From NCBI GenBank assembly GCA_977016875.1, contig CDRNST010000196.1, positions 2,914,001 through 2,978,000 on the forward strand: a stretch of 64,000 nucleotides of DNA. The letters are read 5' to 3'. Below, piece after piece: positions 44,501 through 57,015 of the stretch; position 1 is the stretch's first letter, and every line of letters begins with the position of its first letter. The notes beneath the pieces are model-generated. The model ran no database searches. It was not told where the DNA came from and saw nothing but the letters and a program-made list of their open reading frames with translations. The translations under genes were made by a program, and so were the position numbers. Source of the stretch: Pavona decussata. Its lineage: Eukaryota.

Positions 44501-47500
44501 TCCATCCTCAGAAAGTGATAAACAAAGTTGTTTTTGACCTTGACTATTTACTGAAGCAGGAACCTGTTGTGGCTGAGAACTGTTTGCTGTCAGTGGCTAA
44601 AGAACAACTAAAGCTAGGGCATGGACGTAAACCCAGCAACTCCAGGTACATTCAGCTAAAAGTCTGTTTAGATAAGACAAGTTGATGTAGACTGTTCACA
44701 TGCAGTCTTTTTATTGTTGCTAAGAGCACAGTATCCAAAAGAGACAACGAAATAACGCACCTCAGCGGCCTCCACAGTTTTTGGTTTATATTTAACTTAT
44801 CCTGCAATCTTCATTACAAAACAAAGGTTGTCCACAGGCTAAAGCTCTGCTTAAAGCTACATGTATAGTAGCTCTGTTGCCCAAATTTTGAGGCTCATAC
44901 CACAACTGAGCGTCCACATGTAGGATAATTAGTCGTTTTATACAGTTTATTCACGAAGACACATCAAACTCTTTTTCCTTACTGCAGTATGTCTGACGGT
45001 GAGAGATCAACTCCTGAAGAGACAGCCAGGCCACTCAAGTTTGAATCACGGTTTGAAAGTGGAAACCTTCGTAAAGCTATCCAAGTATGAAAACTTTCTT
45101 ATCAAGAAATCACTTACACCTGGTTACCGCCTGTTGGAACTCTTTTTGCGTTCTTATAACGTTTCATTTATGAGCATGATTTAGGCACTAGCTATTTCTT
45201 GATGCATAGCAATGTGCAGAAAAGTGCGCATGGATATTACATGTTGTTGAGGTTCACAAACGATTTGTCGAATCCCAGCATTCATTGCCGTCACAAAAAC
45301 TGAGGGCCATCAGTGTGGATCTTGTGGATTGATGCGGTACAAATGTCTGCAATGCATTTAATTTTAGTTGCTTAGTCACTACGTGTTACTTTTTCCATTG
45401 TGATCTTTACGATCACTGATTGCTATGTTCAGCGATTGTTGACGATGATATGACACCAGCCTTCACGTTAAAAAAAAGACAAACTACCTACATATATACA
45501 GTAAGTAGTGTATGGCTGAGCTGCCATCTTGTTGGAAAGAGCAACATGGAAACTCAGCAGTCACGCGTAAGGTGATTCATTCAGTACATCAAAGATAACA
45601 AGAAACTTTCTTTTGAGCTTTGAGAGTTGCCATCAGTTAGGTGCTAAAACAATTCATTGGGTCAGAGAGGACATGCTCAGTTCGATGATGTTTTTAATTT
45701 TTTTTTTTGTTCTTATCAGGTGCGTGATTACGAGTATGATTTGGTCCTGAATCCAGACATTAACTGCAAACACCATCACCAGTGGTTTTACTTTGAGGTG
45801 CGATAATTTTTTTTTTTTTCGCCTTTTTAAGGTTACCCGATACCTTCAGAGGTGTTTCCCGTTTAAGCGATGTAGCGCGTCCAGTTTAAACTGTAGATAC
45901 CTAAACCCCTATATCAAATTAAAGCTTATAGGGCTGGCTATCAAACTATACCAAGAATTTTGAAATAAAATAAATTGCCGAATTTTTCACGACCTCTAAT
46001 TGCGAGCATCCGAATCACCTTTTTAAAGCTACAAGTCAAAGTGAATTTTGGTTTTTGCTAATTTAATTTGCTCCTCAGTTTCCGGACCCAAAGCGCTAAA
46101 AACGTGTCTGCGTTTTGCCATATTCAATCGCAGTGAAAAGTTATAGAGCATTTTCGAAATAGGATGAAAAAAATGTGGAGTAATCGTACAAAAATCGCTC
46201 TCGGAGAAAAAATATTTCGAAAGAAAAAATTCGCAGACACGTTTTTGTTTTTGTTATATGTTAAACTAGCTACTGTCCAAATTTGAAGGCACACGAACAA
46301 ATTCCTTTTAGCTCTTTGAAGTGGCTCCTCCAAGTGAAAAAAATTTACTCGAGAAACAGCGCTAAAAATTCGGCAATTCATTTTATTTCAAAATTCTTGG
46401 TTTAGTTGGATAGCCAGCTCTATAAGCTTTAATTTGAAATAAGGGTTCAGGTATCTACAGTTTAAACCGGACGCGCTACATCGCTTGGACGCGACCTCTG
46501 AAGATGCCTCTGAAGGTACCGGGTAACCTTAAGTTGTCGTTTTATATATCAATCCAGAATCCCTGTGTCACATAAGAGCTACATGTAAATAACTGACAGG
46601 GCTTCTCTCGTGAACTACTACCGCCATAATCGGCACTGATACAGAAACAATCTGAAATAATGGGACAGAACACGTGACCTTCCATACGCTGATCGGATGC
46701 TACTGAACTGGCAATCCAGGCCATTTACTAATTTCATAATGGCACGTCTCCTGCATACTGCTACTTTTGAAAAGTGACTAGTGTTCATAGTACAGCAATA
46801 GATTTCTCCTCAAGAAATGTTTGGCACCAAGAGCTACCTCGCGTCTAGCTGAGCTTTTACTGCCATCAGCTTTCACAGCTTTTTTATATCTGGCTCTCAT
46901 ATCCCAAGCTAGGGGAGGTGCCGTGACCTTATAAGCCCCCGGCCTCAAATTCAGGCTTCCCCGGCACCAAAGTTATTTTGCATGTGTAGTGTGTAATATT
47001 TAGTTATGTGTGACGACGAAGTAAGTAAACAATCTTTTGACTCTTTTGTCTCTCTTTTGTTAATCCACTGTTGATAATAAATGTCGTGTCCTTAATATTG
47101 TAGTGTACATTACAGCAATTCAACTTGTTTGTTTATTTATTTTTAGGTTAGCAATATGGACGCTGAAATTCCATACAAATTCAACATTGTTAATTGTGAG
47201 AAGATAAACAGTCAATTTAATTTTGGTAAGTAAGTTCTTACAACGAGACGCATTTTGCAATGTACAGTTTCCAGAAAAACGCATTTGATCACTCTAGGCA
47301 GAGAAAACAAGAGCGATATTCAACAGGAGTAATCAGTTTCGGTTACAATCCTTCTCCCCTACCCTCCTGACTGAGTACATGTAAGTAAGTAAAGTAAGTA
47401 AAAACTTTATTAATGTGTCGTAACATATAGCGTACTAGAATGTACGCTAATTGGGGACACCTGTAGTCTCGTGTACTTCGTTAATACTGTTAATATCTTC

Positions 47501-50500
47501 ACTATTAATATCCTAACCATTTGCAGTTGCTAAATCTTATCTGAGTAATGCAAACACGAAATATTGCTTTCATGCCTTTTCCTTTTCTTGGTAGGAATGC
47601 AGCCTGTCATGTATTCCACAACAGAGGCTGAGGAGGGGCGAGCTGGCTGGGTCAGAGCGGGGACTAATGTTTGTTATTACAGAAATTACTTTACACGGAG
47701 TCCTGAAGCAACCGGTGGACAAGGAGGAAAAACCTACTACACATCAACCTTCACTGTGGCATTCCCACATACCAATGATGTGTGTTACTTCGCTTATCAT
47801 TATCCTTACACGTTTACTATGCTCCAGGTGAGCTGCTCCCTATCTCGTGCACCTTTCTCTCTCTTTTCTATTGTCATTGCCCCCTTTTTTTCATATAGTG
47901 GATACACGGGTATTTAGCAGGTTTGACAAACATTTATACTTGCAAGAATTAAAATAGTCGTCTACACTTGCGAAACTCAAATGACTACTACTGTACTGTA
48001 GAATGCTTGTGGACCTGTAATGGCTTGAATTTTCTCCTTGTTCTCGCCTTTTTTCGAGAACTTTTATTCCTCGGGTTCTCCCTTTTTCCTTCCTTGAAAA
48101 AAAAAAACAAAAACGAGGACAAAACTTGGCCATCATATCGCTCTCAAAATCGACTCAAGGGCAACACAGTGCATTACTGTGCCTCATGTTTTTGCAGTCC
48201 TATTTCACTATTTCAGTATTCTTCTGGAACTTAATCTACATTAGTTAGAACTTTGACAAACAAAATAAATCCGAAGAGTTGTGTAGGAGATGTTGAAGGG
48301 GATCAAAAGAAAAAATACAAAGGGGAAACATTTGAAACGTTTCCCCTAAACAACTTGTTGTCAGGGTTTATATGTCAAGTTTGATTTGTGTTTGTATGGT
48401 TCTGTCGCAGAGTCATTTGTCACGGTTAGAGTCGTCTTTAAACACCAGTGATATCTATTACCGACGCATGGCTCTTTGTAACAGTTTGGCGGGAAATCCC
48501 TGTGATGTCATCACAATCACTGCGCAGCCGCGGCGAAGAGATGCCAAGTCTGTTGAGATACTAAGTAAGGCTACTATAGAGATTTTCGCCGTCCGTTTAT
48601 TCGAATCCAATGCTTGCGCTTTATTTACACGTGTTTTTTTTTTTTTTGTTGTAGGGAGTAGGCCTTATATATTCCTCACCAGTCGTGTCCATCCCGGCGA
48701 AAGTAATTCAAGCTGGGTCATGAAAGGTATTATTCTTGTTTCAAAAGGTTATTTCTTTCTCTTCACTGCTCATGCGAGAACCATTGTTAGAGGAAGATTT
48801 TTCCAATTTCTTTCGCTGGCCAAACCGTCACAGATCATAAATATGTATAATCCTCTTGATTGCAGAGTGCATTGCAAAGAGGAAAAACATCTAAAAGTGT
48901 ATATGACAGAATTTTTTTTTTCTCGAGCAAGTCTTCATGTACCTTGGGTGCCAGAGGCTTTTCATGCGCGGTTGACAAAGCTCCTCGTCGTAGTTTTTTC
49001 GCCGCTCGTGTCTTCGGCTGAACAACGCAAGAAAAAAACCTCTGGTACCCAGGGTAGTCTTCATGTTGTTCTTGTATGAAAATCGGGGGAAAAAATTCCC
49101 TATCAATTTTTCTTCCACGGGTTTCAGATGTATAAAAACGTGAAATTTTACTTCCGGTTGGGATACAATACTGCGTAGGACGAAAGACTGGGGATAGTAG
49201 GGCTGTGACGTCAATACGGATCGCTAGTTTCGCGGTTTATCTATTCCTCAGTTGTTTTTCTTGCGCAAAGGAAGCAAATTGTGTGGACGAAGATATACTG
49301 GGAATGTTGACAACTGAGGAATAAAGGAACCGCGAAACTAGCGATCTTTTATTGACGTCACAGCAATACTATCTCCAGTGTCCCATTTTGCCCGGTATTG
49401 TATACTGTTGAGATTAGTGGGGGAGGGGGGAGTAAGAAGGTTTTAATGAGTGCTGTCAACTGCTCACTGATCTCCATTTTATTTTTGTGTTTCTAGGAGT
49501 GTTAGATTTTCTAATGAGTAACTTCTATACCGCCCGTCATCTTCGAGAGACGTTTATTTTCAAGATAGTACCCATGCTTAACATAGATGGTGTCATTAAT
49601 GGATGGTAAGACAGACATTTTACGCTAACGCTGCGATCTTATTGTGTTGTCCCGCAACGTTGAGAAGAGTGTTTTATGACAAACCAAATTAGATTTACAT
49701 TAAAGGTGTAACCAGAGCCAACAGGGCCAGGGCTGAGGGGAGTAGTGCTCTTCCTGAGTTGTATCCCTGTTCCTGTTTGGTTATGAAAACAAAGGTTGTA
49801 GTGATCCTGTATTGACGCGAAAACCCAGAGCAAAAAAACGTCAAGGTTCAGTGTCTTTTCATCGTACAGAATAATCCTAAAGGGACTGCTGAAAATCTGC
49901 AGACCCAAATGCCTTACAACGCAAACGAATTTGCGAATGATTGTCAGATATCTGTTTAATGCTGATTGTATTCAACCTTACATTACAGTCACCGGTGCTC
50001 TCTGTCTGGTGAAGATTTAAACAGGCGATGGATCTATCCCAGCATGCTACTCCATCCCACCATTTATCACGCAAAGGGTTTGCTGTCGTATCTACAGTCG
50101 ATAGAGAAGACGCCTTTGGTGAGTAAATACTCGCTCGTGCCTAGGCTTTGAGAAACATTCACTGAACGTGACCGCGTACTAGAAATGTTCCACACAAGTG
50201 ACGTAGTGTGTTAAGCTCCATCCCCAATGATATCCCCAAAAGACGTGTTGTTGTAATGTTTTTTTTCCTTTGAAAAATTTCTTCAACAAAGGTCCTAATT
50301 GGAAACCCTGTTTAAGTGGGACATCTGGCCAACTGGCATTGGTACACAGCTAGATTTTCTTCAATTTGACCCGGATATCAATCTAACTTTGTATTTCGGA
50401 GCAGTTTTCTGTTTCCCCGGAGGATTGGAGTTGCCGGGAATCAACTGATTGTTTGGATATCTACTGCAGAACTTTATCATTTTGGATAACTAAGCTTGGC

Positions 50501-52810
50501 TAAATACACTCTTCCCGCGCTTGGGAAGTCAAGTGGTGAGCAATACAAACTTACCAATTCCCTCATTATCTTTGATTGCCTTGTAGGTTTTTTGTGATTT
50601 TCATGGCCATTCACGAAAGAAGAACGTGTTTATGTATGGCTGCAGTACCGCTGCCACCATTGCGGCCAGTTCTTCCAGTCAGTCTGGTGACGTGGACAGT
50701 GACTTGGTGGATTCTGTGAGGGAAAGAGTGGCTGAGCTGTCTGGCTCAGACTCGACCAGTAGCATGGACCCGAGTGACTTAGATGAAGATCCCGGATATA
50801 GGGTAACAGAGTTAATTTTGGCGTAGCCCATATGAGTGTCGGCCACAAATAGCAGGCCCGATATGCACTGTTGCACCTGTTACGAAGGCTAGATTATGAC
50901 TGGTTTACACTAGTCAAATAACGACATACCGGCAGGGTCAGGAAAATTCCAAAAAAACACTTAAGGATGGTGCCTACTATTGTTACTGAGCATACGTTCT
51001 GCGCATCTCGAGATACTCGGGTTTCCTATGGGTGGTGCCTACTAATACAGGGATAATTTTGCGCGGTTTAAACCTTTAGGGAGAAAGCAGAACTTAGCAT
51101 TTTGGTATCTCAAAAGAAAATTAGGGGTAACCATGCAATTTTCAGAGATAATTAAGCTTCAATTTAAGAAAAAAATCCCATACATTGCTTTATATTTTGG
51201 CGCTTTTTAGAGATATTATTGCTTAATTATCTCTGAAAAATGCATGGCTACCCCCAGTTTTCTTTTTGGGTTTCAAGAGGCCTTGCTAAGATCTGTTTTT
51301 CCCGCATAGTCATAAGCCGCACAAAAATAGTTCGGTATTAGTAGGCACCGTCCTTAACGTCCACTTTATGTCACCAATGTGTACAAACACGACATAACGA
51401 CATATAAGAGGAACATAATAACATAACATAACGACATAAGGAAAAAACCGGTCCGTTCTCTTTATGTCGTTCTTATGTTGCTTGTGCTGTGAACCAGGCT
51501 TTACTGACTTGAATACACGGAAAAGCAGAGTCCAGAAAACTTGAAGCCGTGCCAAACCAGTCGTTCAGTCACACCTCAATTGATTATATTGTTCATGCAT
51601 TTACAGAAATTGCAATCATTTATTCTTGAGAGCGTTTTTGTCAACGCTCCATACTTTATTTTCTTCAATTGGACAGAAACCAACTGTCGGGAATTGTTGA
51701 AATAGTTTGCCAAGGCATTGGGGGAGGGGGCTGTTTTGAGGGGAATTATGGGAAACACTGTGCGCCCACTTGCTGTGTTGGCACAAAGCAAATCAGTTGT
51801 CTCGTTTAAGTTTCTGAATTGTTATTGTTGCAGACATTGCCACGCGTTCTTCACAACATTGCACCAGCCTTTTCGCTGGGCAGCTGCAGTTTTATTGTAG
51901 AACAGTCCAAGGAATCAACAGCCAGAGTTGTAGTTTGGAGAGAGATTGGAGTGATTAGGAGTTACACAATGGAGAGTACATACAGTGGCTGCGATCAAGG
52001 ACCTTATAAGGTGGGTTCCGACAAACTATGCAAATGCCGGAGTTCTTACTTACAAACTCAAATGAAATAGGCATTATTAAGGTTTCGGTCCATAGTTTGA
52101 ACTTATGTAAATCTTCTCCACAATTTTTTAAAGACATTTCTAAACTGATTTTATTCTTTAATGTAGGGAACAGATCAGGTTGCATGTATAAGCAGGTCGT
52201 AATCAAAGTATTAAACCTTCTTACTTTCCTTGTAATCAAAATATGGAAATTACATTTTTTATATTACAAGCGACATAAGAAAAGTTTAATTTGCTAATGT
52301 ACTAACGGCTAACGTCCAATCGTCTATCTTTCGATCAGCTGAATGATTCAAGTCAATTGCTATAAAAATAATTTAAGGAATTTTTTTTCATGTTTTCGGC
52401 CAGACGCTTAGTTATTCCTTTAAATGAGTACCGCTGCAAACTGAGTGTGGTTTTATTGTAGGGTTATCATGTAGGAACAAGAGAGTTGGAAGAAATGGGT
52501 CGGTTTTTCTGTGCTGGGCTGCTCCGTGTCGGTCGGTCGTACTTCTACCGCAATAATCATAGACAGATGTCATCAAACGACAGCGCTAATGAAATGCCAG
52601 CTGCCGACAGCTCATGGTAAGTACCAAATCAGACTAACCTGGGAGCTGGATGGACTCTTGCTGGAATTTCTTCTTTCCAACGTGTTACGCCTGTATCATC
52701 CGCCTTGTTGTAAATAGCGTTTGTGCGTTTGCCTACAGCAAATATAGCCTATTGGTTGTGAGGAAATCTGCGAGCAAAAAATTATGTGCGGGGGCAATTC
52801 AGTCGGATAT

Positions 52811-52844
<34 letters not shown>

Positions 52845-52940
52845 AAATTATTGTTTTTCGTTATGTATTTCTTTTGTAGGATACGAACCAGTGAGTTGTT
52901 TGTACCATGTGAGCTGGTCAGCAGCGGAGTTGTAATCTAG
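30634..52940 (+). CDS. AGTPBP1: Cytosolic carboxypeptidase 1 (Nna1/CCP1-like tubulin deglutamylase, M14D), about 27 exons; last exon uncertain
   Basis: Exons 30634-30656, 30797-30942, 32939-33006, 33095-33158, 34176-34316, 35427-35558, 35991-36084, 37013-37050, 38171-38317, 39180-39254, 39947-40117, 40822-41012, 42416-42558, 43021-43233, 44469-44645, 44988-45084, 45720-45797, 47147-47225, 47595-47827, 48411-48564, 48655-48726, 49497-49605, 49989-50118, 50587-50801, 51834-52010, 52462-52616, 52880-52940(?). Motifs: N-terminal ARM-like region, [66 protein letters not shown]. Confidence 0.93.
31120..31365. mobile_element. MITE in AGTPBP1 intron 2
   Basis: CCAGTTGTTCAAAGGCCGGATAACTTTATCC / GGATAAAGTTATCCGGCCTTTGAACAACTGG form a perfect 31-bp inverted repeat. 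Confidence 0.85.
33530..33604. repeat. (ATT)n microsatellite
   Basis: About 20 or more ATT units. Confidence 0.95.
37783..37978. repeat. Two abutting near-perfect palindromes (37783-37889 and 37889-37978) in an AGTPBP1 intron
   Basis: First: AGTCAAAACTTGTGAATGCCTTTTTAGGA...TCCTAAAAAGGCATTCACAAGTTTCGACT. Second: TTTAAGTATAACATGTATAGGAAAGTCAT...ATGACTTTCCTATACATGTTATACTTAAA. Confidence 0.9.
41491..41556. repeat. Compound (GTT)n(ATT)n microsatellite
   Basis: Seen directly; it explains the poly-V/poly-I ORF at 41279. Confidence 0.95.
43320..43655 (+). mobile_element. tRNA-derived SINE (Deu/Nin-domain-like)
   Basis: A-box-like TGGTGTAGTGG, degenerate B-box (GGTTTGAGGCC), core TGTGTTGTTTCCTTAGACAAGAAACT...ACCCAGGTGTATATATGGGTACC, 3' region GATGGACTAGTATCCCATCC...TTCATGCTACAGAAACCGG, and a (TACCT)-like tail. 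Family assignment is from memory. Confidence 0.8.
45831..46528. mobile_element. Kolobok-like non-autonomous element with long (~160-bp) inverted arms
   Basis: TTAA (45827-45830) GGTTACCCGATACCTTCAGAGG ... CCTCTGAAGGTACCGGGTAACC TTAA (46529-46532). Inner arms GCGATGTAGCGCGTCCAGTTTAAACTGTAGATACC... are also inverted. GG..CC ends with a TTAA TSD. Confidence 0.8.
49162..49402. mobile_element. Foldback MITE (~240 bp)
   Basis: Arms ATACAATAC...GCTGTGACGTCAATA..GATCGCTAGTTTCGCGGTT...ATTCCTCAGTTG and their reverse complement at 49311-49402. Confidence 0.8.
50965..51353. mobile_element. Kolobok-like MITE
   Basis: TTAA (50961-50964) GGATGGTGCCTACTA ... TAGTAGGCACCGTCC TTAA (51354-51357). A related degenerate fragment lies in opposite orientation at about 54700-54780. 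Confidence 0.8.
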
Positions 52941-53814
52941 TTCAACAGCAGCGTCAAATCCTCTTATTGAAGTAACTGAGGTTTTCAGTTTTAGTCATTA
53001 TATCATTGGGACGAAAAATGTGAAAGGTGCCGGATTAACATTAATTTTTTTTTTCTTAAATCTCAACAGAAGTCAATTTTCATTCAGGCTCGTACAGACT
53101 GAAAGATTAGAAAGATTTAGATTAACGTTTACGACAAACGGCAGAAATAACCACGTGACCAGGTTTATCCTACATTTGCCGCTCGCTGTTTTCAGTTTTG
53201 CGGCCAGAATTATTTTGCACTCTTCTCATCCATGTACTCGTTTTTTCGAGAAAACATAAACGCGAATCTTACGTTTGCCGTAATGCGATTCTAAATCTCT
53301 GTAGTGTGCACTGGTTTTCACATTGCATTGCATTGTGCACCCTACCAGTTTTGAAGTTGAAATAATGAAGTAGAATCGGGTGGACACTCACTGTATCTTT
53401 TATAACACTTAAGTTTTCAAGATTATTCTGAGCTGCTGAGATCACAGTGGAAAAAAATAAACCCGTGAAATTTGACACCATAGCGAGGTCTAGTTCAGCG
53501 GATCTCACCAGCCGTAAAAAGGGTCCTCTGAAGACCGGTGTAGAACCTTAGAGGCAAAGTCATTTTGACGAAGAGAATTGCTGCCAAGGTAGCAAGAATC
53601 GCTGTTTCCTTTTTAATGGTGTCAAGATGGTGGGGAGGGACTGTGGAATAATGCTAAAAAAATAATAATAAATTCCGTGAAAATAAAAGAAACAAGTCTT
53701 AAACAAGCTTTCCGTGAGAGAGCAAAGAATCAAGGGGTTTCGGTCTTAATCTAATGAAGAGGATTAAATAAAGTAATGTACAGGGTTCACTTGAAACAAA
53801 CTATTAATATGGTG

Positions 53815-54110
53815 ATGTAATATATCAAACACGAGAAAGCGTGTTTCATCAGATATCCAAACACTGAGAAGTAGGTTGAAAAAAACGAGGCGCAGCCGAG
53901 TTTTTTTAAACGACTTCGAGGTGTTTGAATATCTGATGAAACACACTTTTGAGTGTTTGATATGGCTTCTCAAATGATCAATAATTCTTGGAGAAATTTA
54001 AGGCTAAAGTTGGCAAAATGTTATGGCAATTAGGAACACATATCCAAACCACGGTCACAATAGTGATTTTCTTTGTTTTCTCTTGATGAATTATTAATGA
54101 GTTTGAGAAA
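53815..54110. repeat. Interspersed repeat (ATATCAAACACGAG / GTGTTTGATAT type); related fragment near 15970-16090
   Basis: Internal inverted motifs GTGTTTCATCAGATATCCAAACAC / GTGTTTGAATATCTGATGAAACAC. Confidence 0.55.
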
Positions 54111-55165
54111 CAGCCTGTCACAATGCATTGACTGAAATGGCTGCTTATTTCAATTCTAAAGTCTTTTTTATCACGCAAGAGTCTACTTGTCCAAAGTGTA
54201 ATCATGGAATTAATATAATTTGTACATTATATATATTATAATGAGATTATAATTGTTATTGATTATTTATAAAGAATAAATAATGGCTTTTGTTACCATG
54301 AGTCCATGAATTAGTTGTAAAGTTATCGTTGAGCGTGACACTTAGGAGGTTCTAATATGACATCGGTACGAACCTTGAAACCAATCACCGGCCGAGGAAT
54401 TTCGTGGGCGAAAGTTTACTATAAGAACCGTTCTTATAGGCTCTCCGAGGATGCATGGCGCCAAGGGATGCGTTAGATCGCGCAGACATGATCAATTAAC
54501 GACGCAAGTGAATTTGGTTTTCTCTTTTCTCGACCATTTCTCACGCAGTTCTCGCCCAGTTATTGTAATCCGTGCTTCTTTCACTGGCTGAACAGTAGTA
54601 CCACCTTACCACTGTTGTGGACATTTGTTATCAAAAATTATTTTTTGTTTTATTTATGAACGCCCTTTCTACTGCAAAGGTATTTTACGTGGTTTGCAAA
54701 GGTATTTTTGCAGGAAAAGTAGATCTTAGCAAGGGCTATTGGAATCAAAAACGAAAATGGGAGTAACCGTTTTAAAATAGACAACAACCCTTTCCACAGA
54801 TTGAAGCTTCATTATCTATGAAAAATTCCTGGCTGCCCCTAATCCAACCGCTCAAAATTGCCTTTGTATCAGGAGGCAACGTCCGAAAAAAATAACCCGC
54901 GTCCTTTCTGTTGATGGGCAGTACGTATGCCGTTTGTTGTCAATTGATGGAAATATATGTAGAGATGCAGTGTTCAAATGGTCTTTCGTGGAAGGCAATG
55001 ACATAAACTTCTGTTTTAGCTCGAAACTGGCCAAACAATTTGGATTACTTGGTTTGGAAAACGCACCTTACCAGTATTTTTTTTAGAAAGCAGTTTTCCT
55101 ATAAATATGTGTACATTATCCCCCGGCTCCCTGTATTAGCATTTCAAAACTCATTAGAGAGATTA

Positions 55166-55610
55166 GAGAGATTTAGCATCGCGTATACGTGAAACGCGAA
55201 CGGCAAAAATGACCACGTGACCACGATTTTCCCGCCATTTTTCGCGTTTGCCGTTTCTACTTGGAAACGGAAACAGGCTATTTCGGCGTTTGCCGTCTGC
55301 GTGAGAACTACTTAAGAATTTCTTCCTTTTCTTCTTATACATATAAGTAGTTAATTGTTGTAAAACAAGTACCCCAATAATTTTCCGGCAAGCACTAGGG
55401 CAAATTAAGTTTTTTGTTTAAAAATCCTGCGTAACTCACTCCATACCTCACTTTTCTTCATGAACTCACCACAGTGAGTCGCAAAACAGCTTCATCGAAA
55501 CTCGCAAAAGCTGAGTACACGCGAATCTAAAGTCAAAAGGTTCACGCTATTTTATATGAAACTTCAGGGTGACGTTTGCCTTTTCACCTTAACGCGATGC
55601 TAAATTTCTC
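55166..55610. mobile_element. MITE with ~20-bp TIRs; related fragments at about 53108-53300 and 55800-55850
   Basis: AGAGAGATTTAGCATCGCGT ... ACGCGATGCTAAATTTCTCT. Confidence 0.7.
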
Positions 55611-57015
55611 TTTGTCGCTCACTGTTTTCAGTTGCCTATTGCAGGCCCCTAGAGAGACGCGCGAAGGAGAGGGCGAGGGAACGAAAACGAGGGGGGAGCC
55701 TGGAACAGGCTATGTTTTCAGTATTTTTGAGTTAGCATTTTTGGCCAAAATGGCACTATTCGCGTCTATGTACTCAATTATTTCAAGAAAACATGAACGC
55801 AATCTAACTTTTACGTTTGCCGTAAATGCGATTCCAAATATTGCTATTCGTTGGACGTTGCACTGCAAACCTGCAAGCGTCTGACGGATTCGGTTGATTG
55901 GTAAAGCTTAAACGAAACAGGATTTCACATTTCATCCTCCGCATAACTTATAGAAATAATAAAAGATTCCTTTTGATTTGAAGCTGGCATTTACATTTAT
56001 CATACAAACACTATAGTTTAAGAATATATTTTGCGATTTATTTCAAATCGAACATACAGAAATGTGTTACTTTTGCATATTTTTATTAGCATACACCATT
56101 GTCCAATATTTCGATATTAGTTTTCCTAATTCTATAACGTGCAAAATTCACAATTGCTGATTTCGAGTTTTGGTTAACCGTCGTCGTGATAATAATTAGT
56201 TTATTAGCGTAAGAACGGTCCAAGGATAGGTTTTAGTAGAAACGTTTGAATTCTTAAATAGTAAAATGTTTCAAGTTTTTTAATTAAAAAGAAGAACTGG
56301 ATCAATGAAAAACATTACAGGTTGTTTCCACTGAGTAAACCAATCGTGACGGGAACCGCCATTTGACATCACTTAGAAAAAGTCATCAATAAAATACCAT
56401 ACCACGGAGATACCATGGCGTACCAGCTGAATGATTGGTTGAATGTTCATAGCACGAGATAAATAATTCAAAATTTGAAATAGCACTTGAGACTTGGTGA
56501 TGCGATGAGTTTCGATAACTGTGATCACAAATTCGCGTACAACTCGATGTACCGTTGCTGCCTCCTTGGGAAAGTAAGCCCAACTTCGCATTTGCATTAT
56601 TTATGTTGGCATTTCCGTGTAACCTCAGAGCCGCTAAACTCAAGTCTGTACACAAGGGCGCATCTACTTTGTATTCGCTGATCGATCTTGTAGGATAAAG
56701 ATTCATTCATTCATTCATTCGTTTTCAAACATGCCAGGCTTTGACTGCAATAAACTCAAGGTTTTTTTTTTCAGCTTTCAAACTAAGATATTAAATTAAA
56801 GGTTAGTAAGCGAACAAAAAGAGAATCACTTAGGTAAATTACAGCTCTACCCACAAATAACAAAGGCTAATCGAGGCGGGTAGGGCTTAAATAAAGTATA
56901 ATAATGATACTTATTCTCGGCCTTACTAAGTCAGGTTTTCTGTACAAAGTAATTACATTTTCCTGAGATTCCGTAACAAAATTGGAAGGAACCTTAGTTT
57001 TAATTCTTCCCATTT

